DNA of 64,000 nt from Fidelibacterota bacterium (GCA_046861385.1 JBHHTW010000001.1:1-64000); one strand, 5' to 3'; shown: positions 50,412-61,482, counted from the first letter of the stretch. The notes: generated by a model from the sequence alone, not told the origin. Numbers and translations are program-made.

Positions 50412-51083
50412 ATGTCCCCCGATAGGGATGATGTTCGCCGATATCTGCGGCAAAATCAGGAATTATTCGGGGATGAATTATTTATAACAACGCCATCTCA
50501 AAACAGGCAAACCGATGAGAAAAATAGTGAAGATTTATCCTTATTTGAAGCAGACATCAGCGCATGTCAAAAATGTTCATTAGGCAGTTCGCGCACTGAA
50601 TTCGTATTTGGCGTTGGAGATCCAAATGCCGATTTATTAATAGTGGGAGAAGCACCCGGTGCTGAAGAAGATAAAAAAGGTGAACCATTTGTTGGTCGTG
50701 CCGGAAAGCTGTTAGATAAAATATTATCTGCTATCGACAGAAGCAGAGGAAAAGATGTCTATATCTGCAACGTGTTAAAATGCAGGCCCCCGAATAATCG
50801 CGATCCACTCAGAGCTGAAGTGGAGAAATGCGAACCGTATTTATTACATCAAATACGTTTGATAAATCCATCACTTATAGTAGCTTTAGGGCGAGTCGCC
50901 GGACAGACCCTTTTGAATGTGGATAAATCGTTGAAAAGTCTGCGAAATACATTCCACGACTATCATGGAACACCATTATTGGTAACATATCATCCGGCAG
51001 CTTTGTTACGTAACAAAGACCTGAAACGTCCAACTTGGGAAGATTTCAAGGTTATTAAGGAATACTTGGAGAAAAATAATTAA
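50412..51083 (+). CDS. Uracil-DNA glycosylase family 4
   Basis: [33 protein letters not shown]. Confidence 0.95.
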   Translation: MSPDRDDVRRYLRQNQELFGDELFITTPSQNRQTDEKNSEDLSLFEADISACQKCSLGSSRTEFVFGVGDPNADLLIVGEAPGAEEDKKGEPFVGRAGKLLDKILSAIDRSRGKDVYICNVLKCRPPNNRDPLRAEVEKCEPYLLHQIRLINPSLIVALGRVAGQTLLNVDKSLKSLRNTFHDYHGTPLLVTYHPAALLRNKDLKRPTWEDFKVIKEYLEKNN

Positions 51084-51085
51084 TC

Positions 51086-52453
51086 ATGGCAAATGAGTTA
51101 CAATACCCGCTAAACGTACAACCCCAGTCGTTGGAAGCGGAACAGGCTGTATTAGGTGCGATGCTTTCCAGTAAAGAAGCAGTAAGTAAATCCTTGCAAT
51201 GGCTTACGGCTGAACAGTTCTACAAGGAAGCCCACAATAAAATTTTCAGATGCATGACTTCATTGTTCAATGAAGGACAGGAAATTGATACTGTTTCTAT
51301 CGTCAATCAATTAAAGAAAAAGAAGGAATTAGAAAGCGTTGGTGGAGCCTACTATATTACCGGACTTGTTGAAGCGGTTCCTTCTGTTGCCAATGTTGAA
51401 AACTATGCCAGGATAGTCCTTGAAAAAGCCATGTTAAGGAATTTGATATTAATTTCTCACGACCTCGCTAAAAGTGCTTTTGAAGATTCACAAAATGTGG
51501 ATGAATTGTTGGATCAGGCAGAGCAATCTATCTTCTCCATTTCCCAAAGGAGACTAAAGGGTGGGTTCCAACATATTGATCCAATTCTTCATGAAACATT
51601 TGAAAAACTGGATCAAATTCATTCAAAACCGGGAGATGTAACCGGTATCGCATCCGGATTAATTGATTTGGACGAACTCACATCCGGTTTTCAACCTGGT
51701 GAGCTGGTTATCGTTGCCGGACGACCGGGAATGGGCAAAACTGCTTTGGCATTGACAATGGCTCGGAATGCAGCTGTAGATTATAAACATCCAGTGGGTC
51801 TATTCAGTCTGGAGATGGCAAATCACCAATTAGCGTTGCGACTTTTATGTGCAGAAGCAAAAGTAGATAGTCATTTAGTTCGGACGGGTAAGCTACCTAA
51901 AAAACAGTGGCAGAATTTGAGCGTATCCGTGGGGACACTGGCTGAATCTTCTATTTTTTTAGACGATACTCCCGCAATCAGCGTATTGGAACTACGGGCA
52001 AAAGCACGACGACTGAAAGCAGAGCATAATATTGAATTGCTGATCGTTGATTACCTGCAGCTCATGCAAGGTCCTCGAGGCGTCGAAAGCAGACAGCAGG
52101 AAATATCTACTATTTCCAGATCCTTAAAAGCGTTAGCCAAGGAATTAGATATCCCTGTCATTGCGTTATCTCAGTTATCCCGAGCGGTTGAGCAGCGGAC
52201 TGAGCATCGACCGGTTCTGTCTGATCTGCGTGAGAGTGGAGCCATTGAACAGGATGCTGATTTGGTTATTTTCTTATACAGGCAATGGATTTATTCCCAG
52301 GAAGACGAAGATAGAGGAAAAGCTCTAGTGATTGTTGCAAAACACAGAAATGGACCTACCGGGTCAATCGATGTTGCATTCATTGACCGCTTTGCTCGAT
52401 TCGAAAATTATGCATCCATTCGAGATGAACAAGGAATAGAAGTACCGTTCTGA
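51086..52453 (+). CDS. dnaB: Replicative DNA helicase
   Basis: EAEQAVLG, GRPGMGKT, FSLEM, VDYLQL, SQLSR, LRESGAIEQDAD. Confidence 0.98.
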   Translation: MANELQYPLNVQPQSLEAEQAVLGAMLSSKEAVSKSLQWLTAEQFYKEAHNKIFRCMTSLFNEGQEIDTVSIVNQLKKKKELESVGGAYYITGLVEAVPSVANVENYARIVLEKAMLRNLILISHDLAKSAFEDSQNVDELLDQAEQSIFSISQRRLKGGFQHIDPILHETFEKLDQIHSKPGDVTGIASGLIDLDELTSGFQPGELVIVAGRPGMGKTALALTMARNAAVDYKHPVGLFSLEMANHQLALRLLCAEAKVDSHLVRTGKLPKKQWQNLSVSVGTLAESSIFLDDTPAISVLELRAKARRLKAEHNIELLIVDYLQLMQGPRGVESRQQEISTISRSLKALAKELDIPVIALSQLSRAVEQRTEHRPVLSDLRESGAIEQDADLVIFLYRQWIYSQEDEDRGKALVIVAKHRNGPTGSIDVAFIDRFARFENYASIRDEQGIEVPF

Positions 52454-54651
52454 TGCCAAGTACTTTATCACGGTTTATCCCCCATTTAGTTGGTGAATTT
52501 CCAAAACAATTCATGGAATTATACGAAAATCTAAATATTCCTTCCGGGGATGAAAAGGATGAAGTAAAGCGATTATTGTGGGAAGCCTATGATTTTGGTC
52601 TCAACAGTCATGAAGGTCAAAAACGCCGTTCCGGTGAACCCTATTTTAATCATTGCGTTGAAGTAGCCAAACTGCTTATATCTTGGAGGATGGATCCGAG
52701 TACCATCATGGGTGGATTGCTTCATGATTCAGTTGAAGATACAGGTGTAACTCTAGCGGACATTCGTGAGCGATTCGGTGAGGATGTGACAAACCTCGTG
52801 GATGGAGTGACAAAACTTGGGGGAATTAAATTCACAAGCCGGGAAGAAAAGCAGGCTGGAAATTTCATGAAAATGCTTTTATCGGTTGCAAAAGACCTCA
52901 GGGTAATCATTATTAAATTTGCTGATCGAATTCACAATATGAAAACGATTGAGCATTTAGGGCGATTGAAGCAGCATCGAATTGCTGTGGAAACCAGAGA
53001 TGTATTTGTTCCGCTGGCTCATCGATTGGGAATGGCATCGGTTAAGTTCCTCTTGGAAGATCTGGTTTTTAAAACACTTAAACCAAAAGAATATAAAGAC
53101 CTGGATTCCAAAATAAAATCAAGTCGCAAAGTGAGAGAAAAATATATCAAGGAAGTTTCAGACCCACTACAGAAAGAATTAACAAAACTTGGAATTGAAG
53201 CGAAAATTTATGGCCGGGTAAAATCTCATTCTTCTATCTACGGGAAAATGGTCAAACGAGATAAAACCTTTAGTGAAATATATGACCACCTTGCAATTCG
53301 AGTCATTGTTAAGAAGGTTGCCGATTGCTATCTCGCTTTAGGGATCATGCATAACCAGTTTACTCCGGTACAAGAGCGGTTCAAGGATTTTATCGCTTCT
53401 CCAAAATCGAATGCATATCAATCGATACACACAACTGTAGTTGGTCCAAAAGGCAGAATGCTGGAAATACAAATCAGAACTAGTGAAATGGAAGAAACTG
53501 CAGAAATCGGCATTGCCGCTCACTGGAGATATAAAGAGAAGGGTTCCTTATTAAAAAGTGTTGATCCCCATGTGAAATGGCTCCGTGAACTTGTAGATAT
53601 TTTACAATCAGAATCCTCTGATCCAAAAGAATTTATGAATCTACTGAAGATTGATCTTTTCAATGACGAGATATTTGTCTTTACTCCTAAAGGGGATTTG
53701 GTTCAATTACCAACGAATTCAACTCCAATCGATTTTGCATTTCATGTCCATACTGAAGTGGGCATGCACTGTTTGGGTGCAAAAGTCAATCATTCCATTG
53801 TACCCCTAAATACCAAACTGCAAAATGGTGATATTGTGGAGATTATTACCAGTAAAAATCAAAAACCAAGTTATGGGTGGCTAAATTTTGTAGTCACAAC
53901 AAAAGCCAGAACCCACATTAATAAAGAATTGGTAAAACAACAATATAATGAGAGTGTGGCTATAGGCAAGGAATTGGTGAATAAGACTCTCCGTAGGTTG
54001 AAAAAGAAAAATTTCATTACCAAAATTGAATCATCTTATCAAAAATTCGGATTAAATAATACCGAGCAATTAATGGAAGCAATTGGCAAGGGAGATTTGA
54101 CGGTTCGGAAGATATTGAAGAAAATAGATCCGGATGATATCCCTCTATTAAATATAGATGAAGAACAGGAGGAAAAACGATTTTTTGATTTTGCTCGCTC
54201 AAAAACCAAGGGAATCAAATTACAGGGGATTGACAACCTGATGGTAACCTTTGGCAAATGCTGTAATCCAATCCCTGGGGATGAAATGATCGGTTTTGTA
54301 ACCAGGGGACGAGGAATTACAGTCCATCGATCAGATTGTAAAAGTTTACCATTATTAAAGAAGGAATCTGATCGATTAGTCCCAGTCGATTGGGATGTAG
54401 AGAAAAAAGACCTCTTTAATGTTCGCCTAAAAGTTGTTGGATACGACCGCAAAGGAATGCTGAATGATTTGATAGATTTTATTACTAAATCTGATTTAAA
54501 TATTGTGAGTGTTGAATCAAATGTAAAAGATGCAGTGGCAACTACATTTTTCATTATTCAGGTAAATAACGTTCGTCAATTAGAACGAGTGATAAAAAAA
54601 ATGACAAATACTCCCGGTGTTGATTATATTGAACGCTCCGGCAAATTTTAG
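52453..54651 (+). CDS. spoT: Bifunctional (p)ppGpp synthetase/hydrolase
   Basis: HD motif LLHDSVED, KFADRIHN, YQSIHT, EIQIRT, TGS and ACT domains. Confidence 0.96.
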   Translation: MPSTLSRFIPHLVGEFPKQFMELYENLNIPSGDEKDEVKRLLWEAYDFGLNSHEGQKRRSGEPYFNHCVEVAKLLISWRMDPSTIMGGLLHDSVEDTGVTLADIRERFGEDVTNLVDGVTKLGGIKFTSREEKQAGNFMKMLLSVAKDLRVIIIKFADRIHNMKTIEHLGRLKQHRIAVETRDVFVPLAHRLGMASVKFLLEDLVFKTLKPKEYKDLDSKIKSSRKVREKYIKEVSDPLQKELTKLGIEAKIYGRVKSHSSIYGKMVKRDKTFSEIYDHLAIRVIVKKVADCYLALGIMHNQFTPVQERFKDFIASPKSNAYQSIHTTVVGPKGRMLEIQIRTSEMEETAEIGIAAHWRYKEKGSLLKSVDPHVKWLRELVDILQSESSDPKEFMNLLKIDLFNDEIFVFTPKGDLVQLPTNSTPIDFAFHVHTEVGMHCLGAKVNHSIVPLNTKLQNGDIVEIITSKNQKPSYGWLNFVVTTKARTHINKELVKQQYNESVAIGKELVNKTLRRLKKKNFITKIESSYQKFGLNNTEQLMEAIGKGDLTVRKILKKIDPDDIPLLNIDEEQEEKRFFDFARSKTKGIKLQGIDNLMVTFGKCCNPIPGDEMIGFVTRGRGITVHRSDCKSLPLLKKESDRLVPVDWDVEKKDLFNVRLKVVGYDRKGMLNDLIDFITKSDLNIVSVESNVKDAVATTFFIIQVNNVRQLERVIKKMTNTPGVDYIERSGKF

Positions 54652-54662
54652 TCAGTATTTTA

Positions 54663-55064
54663 ATGAAGCGAATTTTGGGAATCGACTACGGCGAAAAACG
54701 AGTTGGTTTGGCGTTGTCAGATCTCATGCAATTAATTGCATCGCCATTTAAGACAATCCCGAATAATTCCTCCCTTTTCACGGCCTTAAAAAAAATTATC
54801 GACGAATATGAAGTCGAGAAAGTTGTAGTAGGTTTACCAAAAGGAATGAAAGGTCAGGAAACCCAGCAAACGAAATTTGTGAGAAATTTTATCACCCAAT
54901 TGGAAGATAATAATATATTAGTTGATTTGGAAGATGAACGATTATCATCTATCACAGCAAAAAAATCGCTGATCCAGCAAGGAATTAAAACAGGTCATAA
55001 TAAGGGATTAATCGACCAAACCGCTGCTGCAATTTTTCTTCAATTATATTTGGATCGTCAATAA
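54663..55064 (+). CDS. ruvX: YqgF/RuvX family nuclease
   Basis: LGIDYGEKRVGLA, VVGLP, DERLSS, IDQTAA. Confidence 0.95.
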   Translation: MKRILGIDYGEKRVGLALSDLMQLIASPFKTIPNNSSLFTALKKIIDEYEVEKVVVGLPKGMKGQETQQTKFVRNFITQLEDNNILVDLEDERLSSITAKKSLIQQGIKTGHNKGLIDQTAAAIFLQLYLDRQ

Positions 55065-55065
55065 T

Positions 55066-56565
55066 TTGAAGCTTCAACAATATCCGCCCTGGGTACTGGC
55101 TTTATTATCCGGTGTGTTATTTGGTGTAACGTTCCTTCCTTTTTCTCCTGGCTTTCTGAATTATTTTAGTCTGGTGCCATTATTGATTATCTGGCTCAAT
55201 CGTGACGTCAAAACAAGTGCCGCCATGACGTATTTATCTGCAATCACCGCAAATTTCATCGCCTTTTACTGGATGGGTCTTAATAAAGGGACAGCACCAT
55301 TAATTGCCTTTTCATCATTAGTCGGTGCGGTGTTTTATTTGGCATTATTTTGGCTGATTGTGGGAGTCGGTGTATCGTTTATACAAAAAAAAATGAAGAT
55401 GGGTCTGCTCTTATTTCCATTTATTTGGGTTGCGATGGAATATTTGCGGAGTTTCGGACCCATGGGTTTCCCCTGGTCAGACTTGGCGTTGACACAAGTT
55501 TTTTTACTCCCAATGATCCAAACAGCAGATGTGACTGGATCAGCAGGTATTGCATTGTATATTTGTATTATTAATGGATTAGTATATGGTGCTCTCATAG
55601 AAAAAAATCCAAAGCTATACATTATCGGCGCTGTTGGTTTATGGGGAATTGTATTTGGAATTGGAAGTTGGCGTTTAAATGCAATTGATATTATTTCCGA
55701 AACATCTCAATTTAAAGTTGCAGTTATCCAACCTAACGTGGATCCCGTTCAAAAATGGGATGAATCCTACAAAAATAAATTAGTGACCTTAATGGATTCA
55801 TTAACAAATGAAGCGATGATTAAAGAACCGGATTTCGTATTATGGCCGGAATCAGCTTTACCTGCTTATTTGAGAATTTCTCGCACCTATCGATATCCGA
55901 TTCGTCAAAAAGTTAAACAATATGGAATCCCATTGTTGGCGGGTACCATTGATATGGAGTCAGATAATAACAATCGTTATTATTACAATGGAGCAATCCT
56001 TTTTAACGCGGATGGATCCATGGAGATGTATCACAAACTATTGTTAGTACCCTTTGCTGAATACATACCATTTTCGGATACATTCCCGATACTTAAAAAA
56101 TTGAATTTTGGCCAGGGGAACTTTGATCATGGCAATGAATACACTATTTTTAAAATAAAGGATGTACGATTTAGTAATATGATTTGTTACGAATCCAGTT
56201 TTCCCAGGATTGCAAGAAATTTTATAAAACGAGGTGCTGATTTTCTAACTGTGGAAACCAATGATGCCTGGTCGGGAGATGCACCGGGCGTATATCAACA
56301 TCTAAAACACGCTCAATTGAGAGCGGTGGAAAATCGAGTTCCAATCGTGCGAAGCGCCAATACAGGTATATCAGCTATAATTGCGCCGTCAGGACGAGTC
56401 CTGGAACAATTGGATTTTGGTGAACAAGGTATCTTATTCAGCTCATTGCCTTTTCTAAATTCGGATTGGGAAACCGTTAATGGAGATGTATTTGCATTAA
56501 TGTGTATTTTCCTTGGTCTCGGAATGGTTGTTTGGGAATGGATTACTGTCAGGAAAAAGGACTGA
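55066..56565 (+). CDS. lnt: Apolipoprotein N-acyltransferase
   Basis: GFPW, QPN, WPESA, KLLLVPFAEY, ICYES, TNDAW, RSANTGIS. Confidence 0.95.
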   Translation: MKLQQYPPWVLALLSGVLFGVTFLPFSPGFLNYFSLVPLLIIWLNRDVKTSAAMTYLSAITANFIAFYWMGLNKGTAPLIAFSSLVGAVFYLALFWLIVGVGVSFIQKKMKMGLLLFPFIWVAMEYLRSFGPMGFPWSDLALTQVFLLPMIQTADVTGSAGIALYICIINGLVYGALIEKNPKLYIIGAVGLWGIVFGIGSWRLNAIDIISETSQFKVAVIQPNVDPVQKWDESYKNKLVTLMDSLTNEAMIKEPDFVLWPESALPAYLRISRTYRYPIRQKVKQYGIPLLAGTIDMESDNNNRYYYNGAILFNADGSMEMYHKLLLVPFAEYIPFSDTFPILKKLNFGQGNFDHGNEYTIFKIKDVRFSNMICYESSFPRIARNFIKRGADFLTVETNDAWSGDAPGVYQHLKHAQLRAVENRVPIVRSANTGISAIIAPSGRVLEQLDFGEQGILFSSLPFLNSDWETVNGDVFALMCIFLGLGMVVWEWITVRKKD

Positions 56566-56634
56566 AGATGAGAGATTGGAGCTGTGAGGAGAAGAGAGTG
56601 TGGTAATAGGAGTAAAAAAAATGAAAAAGGAAAA

Positions 56635-57252
56635 ATGAAAAAAGTATCACTTGTTACAAAAATATTCATAATCGGTATTTTGCTAATGCAATCGGTGAAT
56701 GGATTAAGTCCGGTTACAAAATCATTCCTAGTACCGGGCTTGGGTGAATATGCCCTGGATGAACCCGCGAGAGGAAGAGCATTTATTATTTCTGAAACCA
56801 CTTTATGGACTTCACTCGCAGGTGCATTGATCATCAGTAATAATTATTCAGATCAATTCCAGGCGTTTTCAGCTGATTTTGCCGGAATATCTCCGGGAGG
56901 AAAAAATCAACAATTTTGGATAGATGTCGGAAATTATAATTCACGGGAGGATCATAATGAAGAACATTTGAGATTCAGAGAGTTCGATGCATTATATCCA
57001 AATGACTCAGAATGGGATTGGAACTGGACATCAGAAAAAAAACGGAAACAATATAGAAGTTACCGCATCACGAGTGATCAATGGTTTCTGACAGCAAAAT
57101 TCGTTGCCGGCGGAATTGTAATAAATCATATTATATCAGCCGTTGATGTTCTCTATCTTCAGCGTATTTCACAGATTCAAAATATTTCCGTTCTTCCCGT
57201 ATTTGATTATGGAAAAGGTGCTTCGGGAATCGTGTTTCAAATTCAATTTTAA
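56635..57252 (+). CDS. Hypothetical exported/membrane protein
   Basis: Signal peptide from ATG 56635, SFLVPGLGE motif, NHIISAVD, C-terminal F. Confidence 0.65.
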   Translation: MKKVSLVTKIFIIGILLMQSVNGLSPVTKSFLVPGLGEYALDEPARGRAFIISETTLWTSLAGALIISNNYSDQFQAFSADFAGISPGGKNQQFWIDVGNYNSREDHNEEHLRFREFDALYPNDSEWDWNWTSEKKRKQYRSYRITSDQWFLTAKFVAGGIVINHIISAVDVLYLQRISQIQNISVLPVFDYGKGASGIVFQIQF

Positions 57253-57254
57253 CT

Positions 57255-57989
57255 ATGTCTGTTCTATTAGGTCAGCCCATTGTAAGGCTATGGCTATATT
57301 TAACCTTTTCCACAGCAGCATTATTCAGTCCCACAATTTTTCATTGGGGATTTTATGGAGTGCTTTTAATGATGTTAACTTATGTAGAAAATATTTCCTT
57401 GGGGAAACTGGCCCGTTCGTTGCAATCATTTATGATGTATTTGCCAATTATGATCATTATTTACGTAATTGTTTCTTTAATATTTAGTCAGTTAACACTT
57501 TTTGAGGTCATGGTTGAAATTGGGTGGGTCGCTGTAAAGTTTTTACTCGTCATGGCGATTATGAATGTTTATCATACCGGGAAATATCTCGGTAACGTAT
57601 TCGATGCATTGCGCAGTATTTGGGTCAGGATTAATAGACCTTGGCAAAAAGTCGAGAATTTTTTTCTATTTCTTGAGATCACATTGCGATTTTATCCTTC
57701 ATTCCAACGAGACTGGAATCGATATAATGACATTCAAAAAGCGCTGGGGTTGATAAAACATACTACTAAATTTCAACAGTGGAAGAAAACAGCCAATCAA
57801 TTGCCGGGAATGTTCTTTCTACATTTGCGAAATGCGGATGATATTGCACAATCGATGTCATTGCGGGGGTACGGAAAGCACATTCCAAGGGGAGTTGCCC
57901 AATTTATTTCATTCAATAGTATACATTTGTTTACAATCCTTTTCATTATAACTGTATTTAGTTTAGTTCATTTCATTGCCGCGTTTTAA
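57255..57989 (+). CDS. ECF transporter T component (CbiQ/EcfT-like)
   Basis: Hydrophobic; ITLRFYP and AQSMSLRGY motifs. Confidence 0.75.
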   Translation: MSVLLGQPIVRLWLYLTFSTAALFSPTIFHWGFYGVLLMMLTYVENISLGKLARSLQSFMMYLPIMIIIYVIVSLIFSQLTLFEVMVEIGWVAVKFLLVMAIMNVYHTGKYLGNVFDALRSIWVRINRPWQKVENFFLFLEITLRFYPSFQRDWNRYNDIQKALGLIKHTTKFQQWKKTANQLPGMFFLHLRNADDIAQSMSLRGYGKHIPRGVAQFISFNSIHLFTILFIITVFSLVHFIAAF

Positions 57990-58722
57990 AATACATATTC
58001 AATATGACGGGACTGACTTTCATGGTTGGCAGATTCAAAGGAACAACCGAACCATTCAGGGTGAATTAGAAAAGGTTTTAAGCAAACTCAATAACAGTAA
58101 AAAAATCAATTTGATTGGTTCAGGAAGAACAGATAGTGGAGTACATGCATTGGATCAAGTAGCCCATTTTGACTGGGATACAAAAATGGAAACCAGCAAG
58201 ATTGTTTCTGCTTTGAACGGAAATCTTCCTTTAGAAATCAGGGTGAAAACATGTCATATAGTTCCGAATGAATTTCACGCCCGGTTTTCAGCTGTGCAGA
58301 GGCAGTATCTATATCAATGCCGTACCGATGATTTTATTATGGATCGTCATTATGTCTGGCGAACAGGGCGTTTAGATATTGACGCATTAAACAGTATTTC
58401 GAAGAGCATCATAGGTGAAAATGATTTTACGTCTTTTTCAAAATACAATGCTGAAGTTGAAAATAGAGTGAGCGTAATCTATTTATCTGAATGGACAGAA
58501 GCGGGGAGTATTGTAAATTATCGTGTGGCAGCTAACCGGTTTTTACATCATATGGTTCGATATTTGGTGGGAACGATGGTTCAAGTTGCTAAAGGAAAAT
58601 TGACAATGACAAAATTTCAAAATTTATTGAATGAACCGAAAGAAGACGTCTTGGTGTATCGCGCACCGGCTCAAGGGCTTTTTCTTGAATATATCGATTA
58701 CGATGGCGCAGATACTTTTTAG
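57976..58722 (+). CDS. truA: tRNA pseudouridine(38-40) synthase
   Basis: YDGTDFHGWQ, GRTDSGVHA, FHARFSA, FLHHMVR. Confidence 0.96.
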   Translation: MPRFKIHIQYDGTDFHGWQIQRNNRTIQGELEKVLSKLNNSKKINLIGSGRTDSGVHALDQVAHFDWDTKMETSKIVSALNGNLPLEIRVKTCHIVPNEFHARFSAVQRQYLYQCRTDDFIMDRHYVWRTGRLDIDALNSISKSIIGENDFTSFSKYNAEVENRVSVIYLSEWTEAGSIVNYRVAANRFLHHMVRYLVGTMVQVAKGKLTMTKFQNLLNEPKEDVLVYRAPAQGLFLEYIDYDGADTF

Positions 58723-59785
58723 ACTAATCATTTTATCATCACTCATTGTGGGGCAATGGGAAGTAGATGATTCTCGCCATACGGCGATCACGAGAGCAAT
58801 AAAGGAAGTAAGTCCAGCCGTGGCAAGCATAAGTGTAACACAAATTCAGAATGTTTACAGTCCGTTTTCACAAGACCCATTTTTTGAATTTTTTTTCCCG
58901 GGTCGCCAACCAAAAAGAGAAGTGCATAGTTCTGGGTCTGGTATAGTCATCAGTCCGGATGGATACGTATTAACCAATTTTCATGTAGTAGAAAATGCTA
59001 CGGATGTTTTAGTGACATTACCGGGTGGAGAGGAATTCGAAGCTGAAATTATCGGAATGGATTTCATTACAGATTTGGCTTTGCTAAAATTAAATGGAAA
59101 ATATTTTCCTTATGCTCAATTAGGTGATTCGGATGATTTACTAATCGGTGAACGGGTCATTGCGCTGGGAAATCCTTTTGGCCTTTTTGATATTGCGAAG
59201 CAACCGACGGCTACATCTGGTATTATAAGTGCGGTGGATATGGATTTCGGTTCGCAGTCCGGAGGACGCATTTATAAAGATATGATTCAAACAGATGCCG
59301 CAATTAATCGTGGAAATAGCGGAGGTCCACTGGTGAATGCCTCTGGAGATGTCATTGGTATTAATACATTTATTTTTACAGGATCACAATTTGCTGAAGG
59401 CTCCATTGGAATTGGTTTTGCGATTCCGATTAATATTGCAAAGGATATTGCTGAAGAGTTAAAGATATCCGGAAAGGTGGATCGAAGTTTTTCGACAGGG
59501 TTATCTGTAGAGCGACTAACGCCTGAAGTGGTATCATATCTGGATGTTCCATTTAGTCGTGGAGTCATTGTTGTGGAGGTTGAGCACGGCAGCAATGCTG
59601 AAAAAGCCGGTGTTAAAGTGGGTGATATTATTTATGGAGTTAATGGGAAAAAAATCAGCAGTTCTCGAGAAATATTGAAAATAATAAAAGAGAGCGACTT
59701 GCGATCCGGAAGCAGAATAAAGTTGCAGATATATCGTGAAGGGAAGAAAATAACAAAAAAATTAACATTAGCAAGGATCAATTAA
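58703..59785 (+). CDS. HtrA/DegP-like serine protease with one PDZ domain
   Basis: GSG, TNFHVV, DLALLK, QTDAAINRGNSGGPL; probable start ATG 58703. Confidence 0.93.
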   Translation: MAQILFRLIILSSLIVGQWEVDDSRHTAITRAIKEVSPAVASISVTQIQNVYSPFSQDPFFEFFFPGRQPKREVHSSGSGIVISPDGYVLTNFHVVENATDVLVTLPGGEEFEAEIIGMDFITDLALLKLNGKYFPYAQLGDSDDLLIGERVIALGNPFGLFDIAKQPTATSGIISAVDMDFGSQSGGRIYKDMIQTDAAINRGNSGGPLVNASGDVIGINTFIFTGSQFAEGSIGIGFAIPINIAKDIAEELKISGKVDRSFSTGLSVERLTPEVVSYLDVPFSRGVIVVEVEHGSNAEKAGVKVGDIIYGVNGKKISSSREILKIIKESDLRSGSRIKLQIYREGKKITKKLTLARIN

Positions 59786-60426
59786 TGCCTGCACCTGAGG
59801 GTCGTAACATTCTTATTACGTTAATGATAATTACCTTTGTAAGCGGGATTACGGGGTTTGGGTATGATTACGCATTCTTAAAGGTAATCTATTTTATTTT
59901 TGGAGGTTTATTTATTTTCTGTATTAATTTTTTCCGGGATCCAGTTCGGATTTCTCCGGAAGGGGAGAATAATCTTATTTCTCCGGCTGATGGTAAAGTT
60001 GTTTTGATCAAAGACGTCACTGATAAAGATGTGGGTGAGGGGAAACAAATTTCCATTTTTTTAAATATTTTTAATGTCCATTCGAATAAGATACCCATAT
60101 CTGGACAGGTGGAAAAGGTAGATTATGAATCAGGGGATTTCAAAGCGGCATTTGATCATAATGCCAGTGATGTAAACGAACAGGCAATTGTTGTTTTGTC
60201 CCACGGAGATAAAAAGATTAAAATAAAACAGATTGCCGGCTTAATTGCCAGACGCATTCACTGCTATGCAAAGGTGGGAAAATCATATAAAGCCGGAGAC
60301 CGATTTGGGTTTATAATGTTTGGTTCCCGTACCGATCTAATAGTACCTTCCGGTTCAAACATTAATGTACAGGTTGGGGATAAAGTAAAAGGCGCTATGA
60401 GTATCATTGGACAAATAGCTCAATGA
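59785..60426 (+). CDS. psd: Phosphatidylserine decarboxylase
   Basis: FFRDP, SPADG, NVH, QIAGLIARRI, FGSRTD. Confidence 0.94.
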   Translation: MPAPEGRNILITLMIITFVSGITGFGYDYAFLKVIYFIFGGLFIFCINFFRDPVRISPEGENNLISPADGKVVLIKDVTDKDVGEGKQISIFLNIFNVHSNKIPISGQVEKVDYESGDFKAAFDHNASDVNEQAIVVLSHGDKKIKIKQIAGLIARRIHCYAKVGKSYKAGDRFGFIMFGSRTDLIVPSGSNINVQVGDKVKGAMSIIGQIAQ

Positions 60427-61160
60427 ACAATAAAAAACGAAAAAGACGCAATTTCATACCAAATCTCATTACAGTCCTGAATATGTTTCTGGGATTTATG
60501 GGGATTGTGATGATGATTATGGGTGACCCTATCCGTGGTGGCTGGCTTATCCTGTTTGCGGGCTTATGTGATGTAGCGGATGGTAAATTGGCGAGAATGT
60601 TAGGTATCCCATCGAGATTTGGTGTAGAATTTGATTCTTTTGCCGATACTATTTCCTTTTGTGCGGCACCTTCATTATTAATATTTACTGTTTATGTGGA
60701 AGGAATTCCGCCGTTATTGGGCGGTATTATCGCATTTACGCCACTATTGTTTGGAACGATTCGCCTTGCAAAATTCAACATTTTACAGGAAGAAGATCCA
60801 AAATCATTTTTCATTGGTTTACCCACACCCGTTAATGCGATTATTATTGTGAGCTATATGTTGTTTAATCATCAGGTCTTTGGTGATATGGGAGATCCCC
60901 GGCTGGCTCTACCCATGATAGTAACATTGGGATTTATGATGATCAGTCCTATTCGGTTTTCGAAATTTCCCTTATTATCATTTAAAAAGGGGAAATCAAA
61001 TTCACTACGACTTATGGGTGTCTTGGTATTCATTGCCTGCGCCATCGCATGGAGAGGCATTGTTCTTTTTCCTTTGATGACATCTTATATTTTATGGAGT
61101 ACAATCAAATGGGTCATCGATCACGATCGTTTTGAAGAAGAACTCCCCATTACGAAATAA
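60423..61160 (+). CDS. pssA: CDP-diacylglycerol--serine O-phosphatidyltransferase
   Basis: PNLIT, DVADGKLAR...FGVEFDSFAD, RLAKFN, FIGLPTP. Confidence 0.92.
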   Translation: MNNKKRKRRNFIPNLITVLNMFLGFMGIVMMIMGDPIRGGWLILFAGLCDVADGKLARMLGIPSRFGVEFDSFADTISFCAAPSLLIFTVYVEGIPPLLGGIIAFTPLLFGTIRLAKFNILQEEDPKSFFIGLPTPVNAIIIVSYMLFNHQVFGDMGDPRLALPMIVTLGFMMISPIRFSKFPLLSFKKGKSNSLRLMGVLVFIACAIAWRGIVLFPLMTSYILWSTIKWVIDHDRFEEELPITK

Positions 61161-61447
61161 TGAATAAACGATCAATTACCCTTATTATAATTATTTTATT
61201 TGTCGGAGCTATGGTAGGGACGCTCGTTGGTGAATTATTAGGATGGATTCTACCAGAAGGAGTTGTAAAAGACTTTTTTCTTACAAGCGTTTCATTTGAC
61301 CTCGGCGGATTAGTGGGAAATGACTCAGGCGTTATCATCCTGGATGTCATCATGTTTACTATTAAATTTGGTTTTTCAATTACAATTAATTTTACCAGTA
61401 TAATTGGATTAGCAAGTTCTTACTACTTTCTGCGATATTTCCGATGA
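61160..61447 (+). CDS. DUF4321-like small membrane protein
   Basis: GAMVGTLVGELLG...FTIKFGFSITINFTSIIG. Confidence 0.7.
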   Translation: MNKRSITLIIIILFVGAMVGTLVGELLGWILPEGVVKDFFLTSVSFDLGGLVGNDSGVIILDVIMFTIKFGFSITINFTSIIGLASSYYFLRYFR

Positions 61448-61482
61448 TCGTCGTAATTTCGTTGATACAGATATTATAACTA

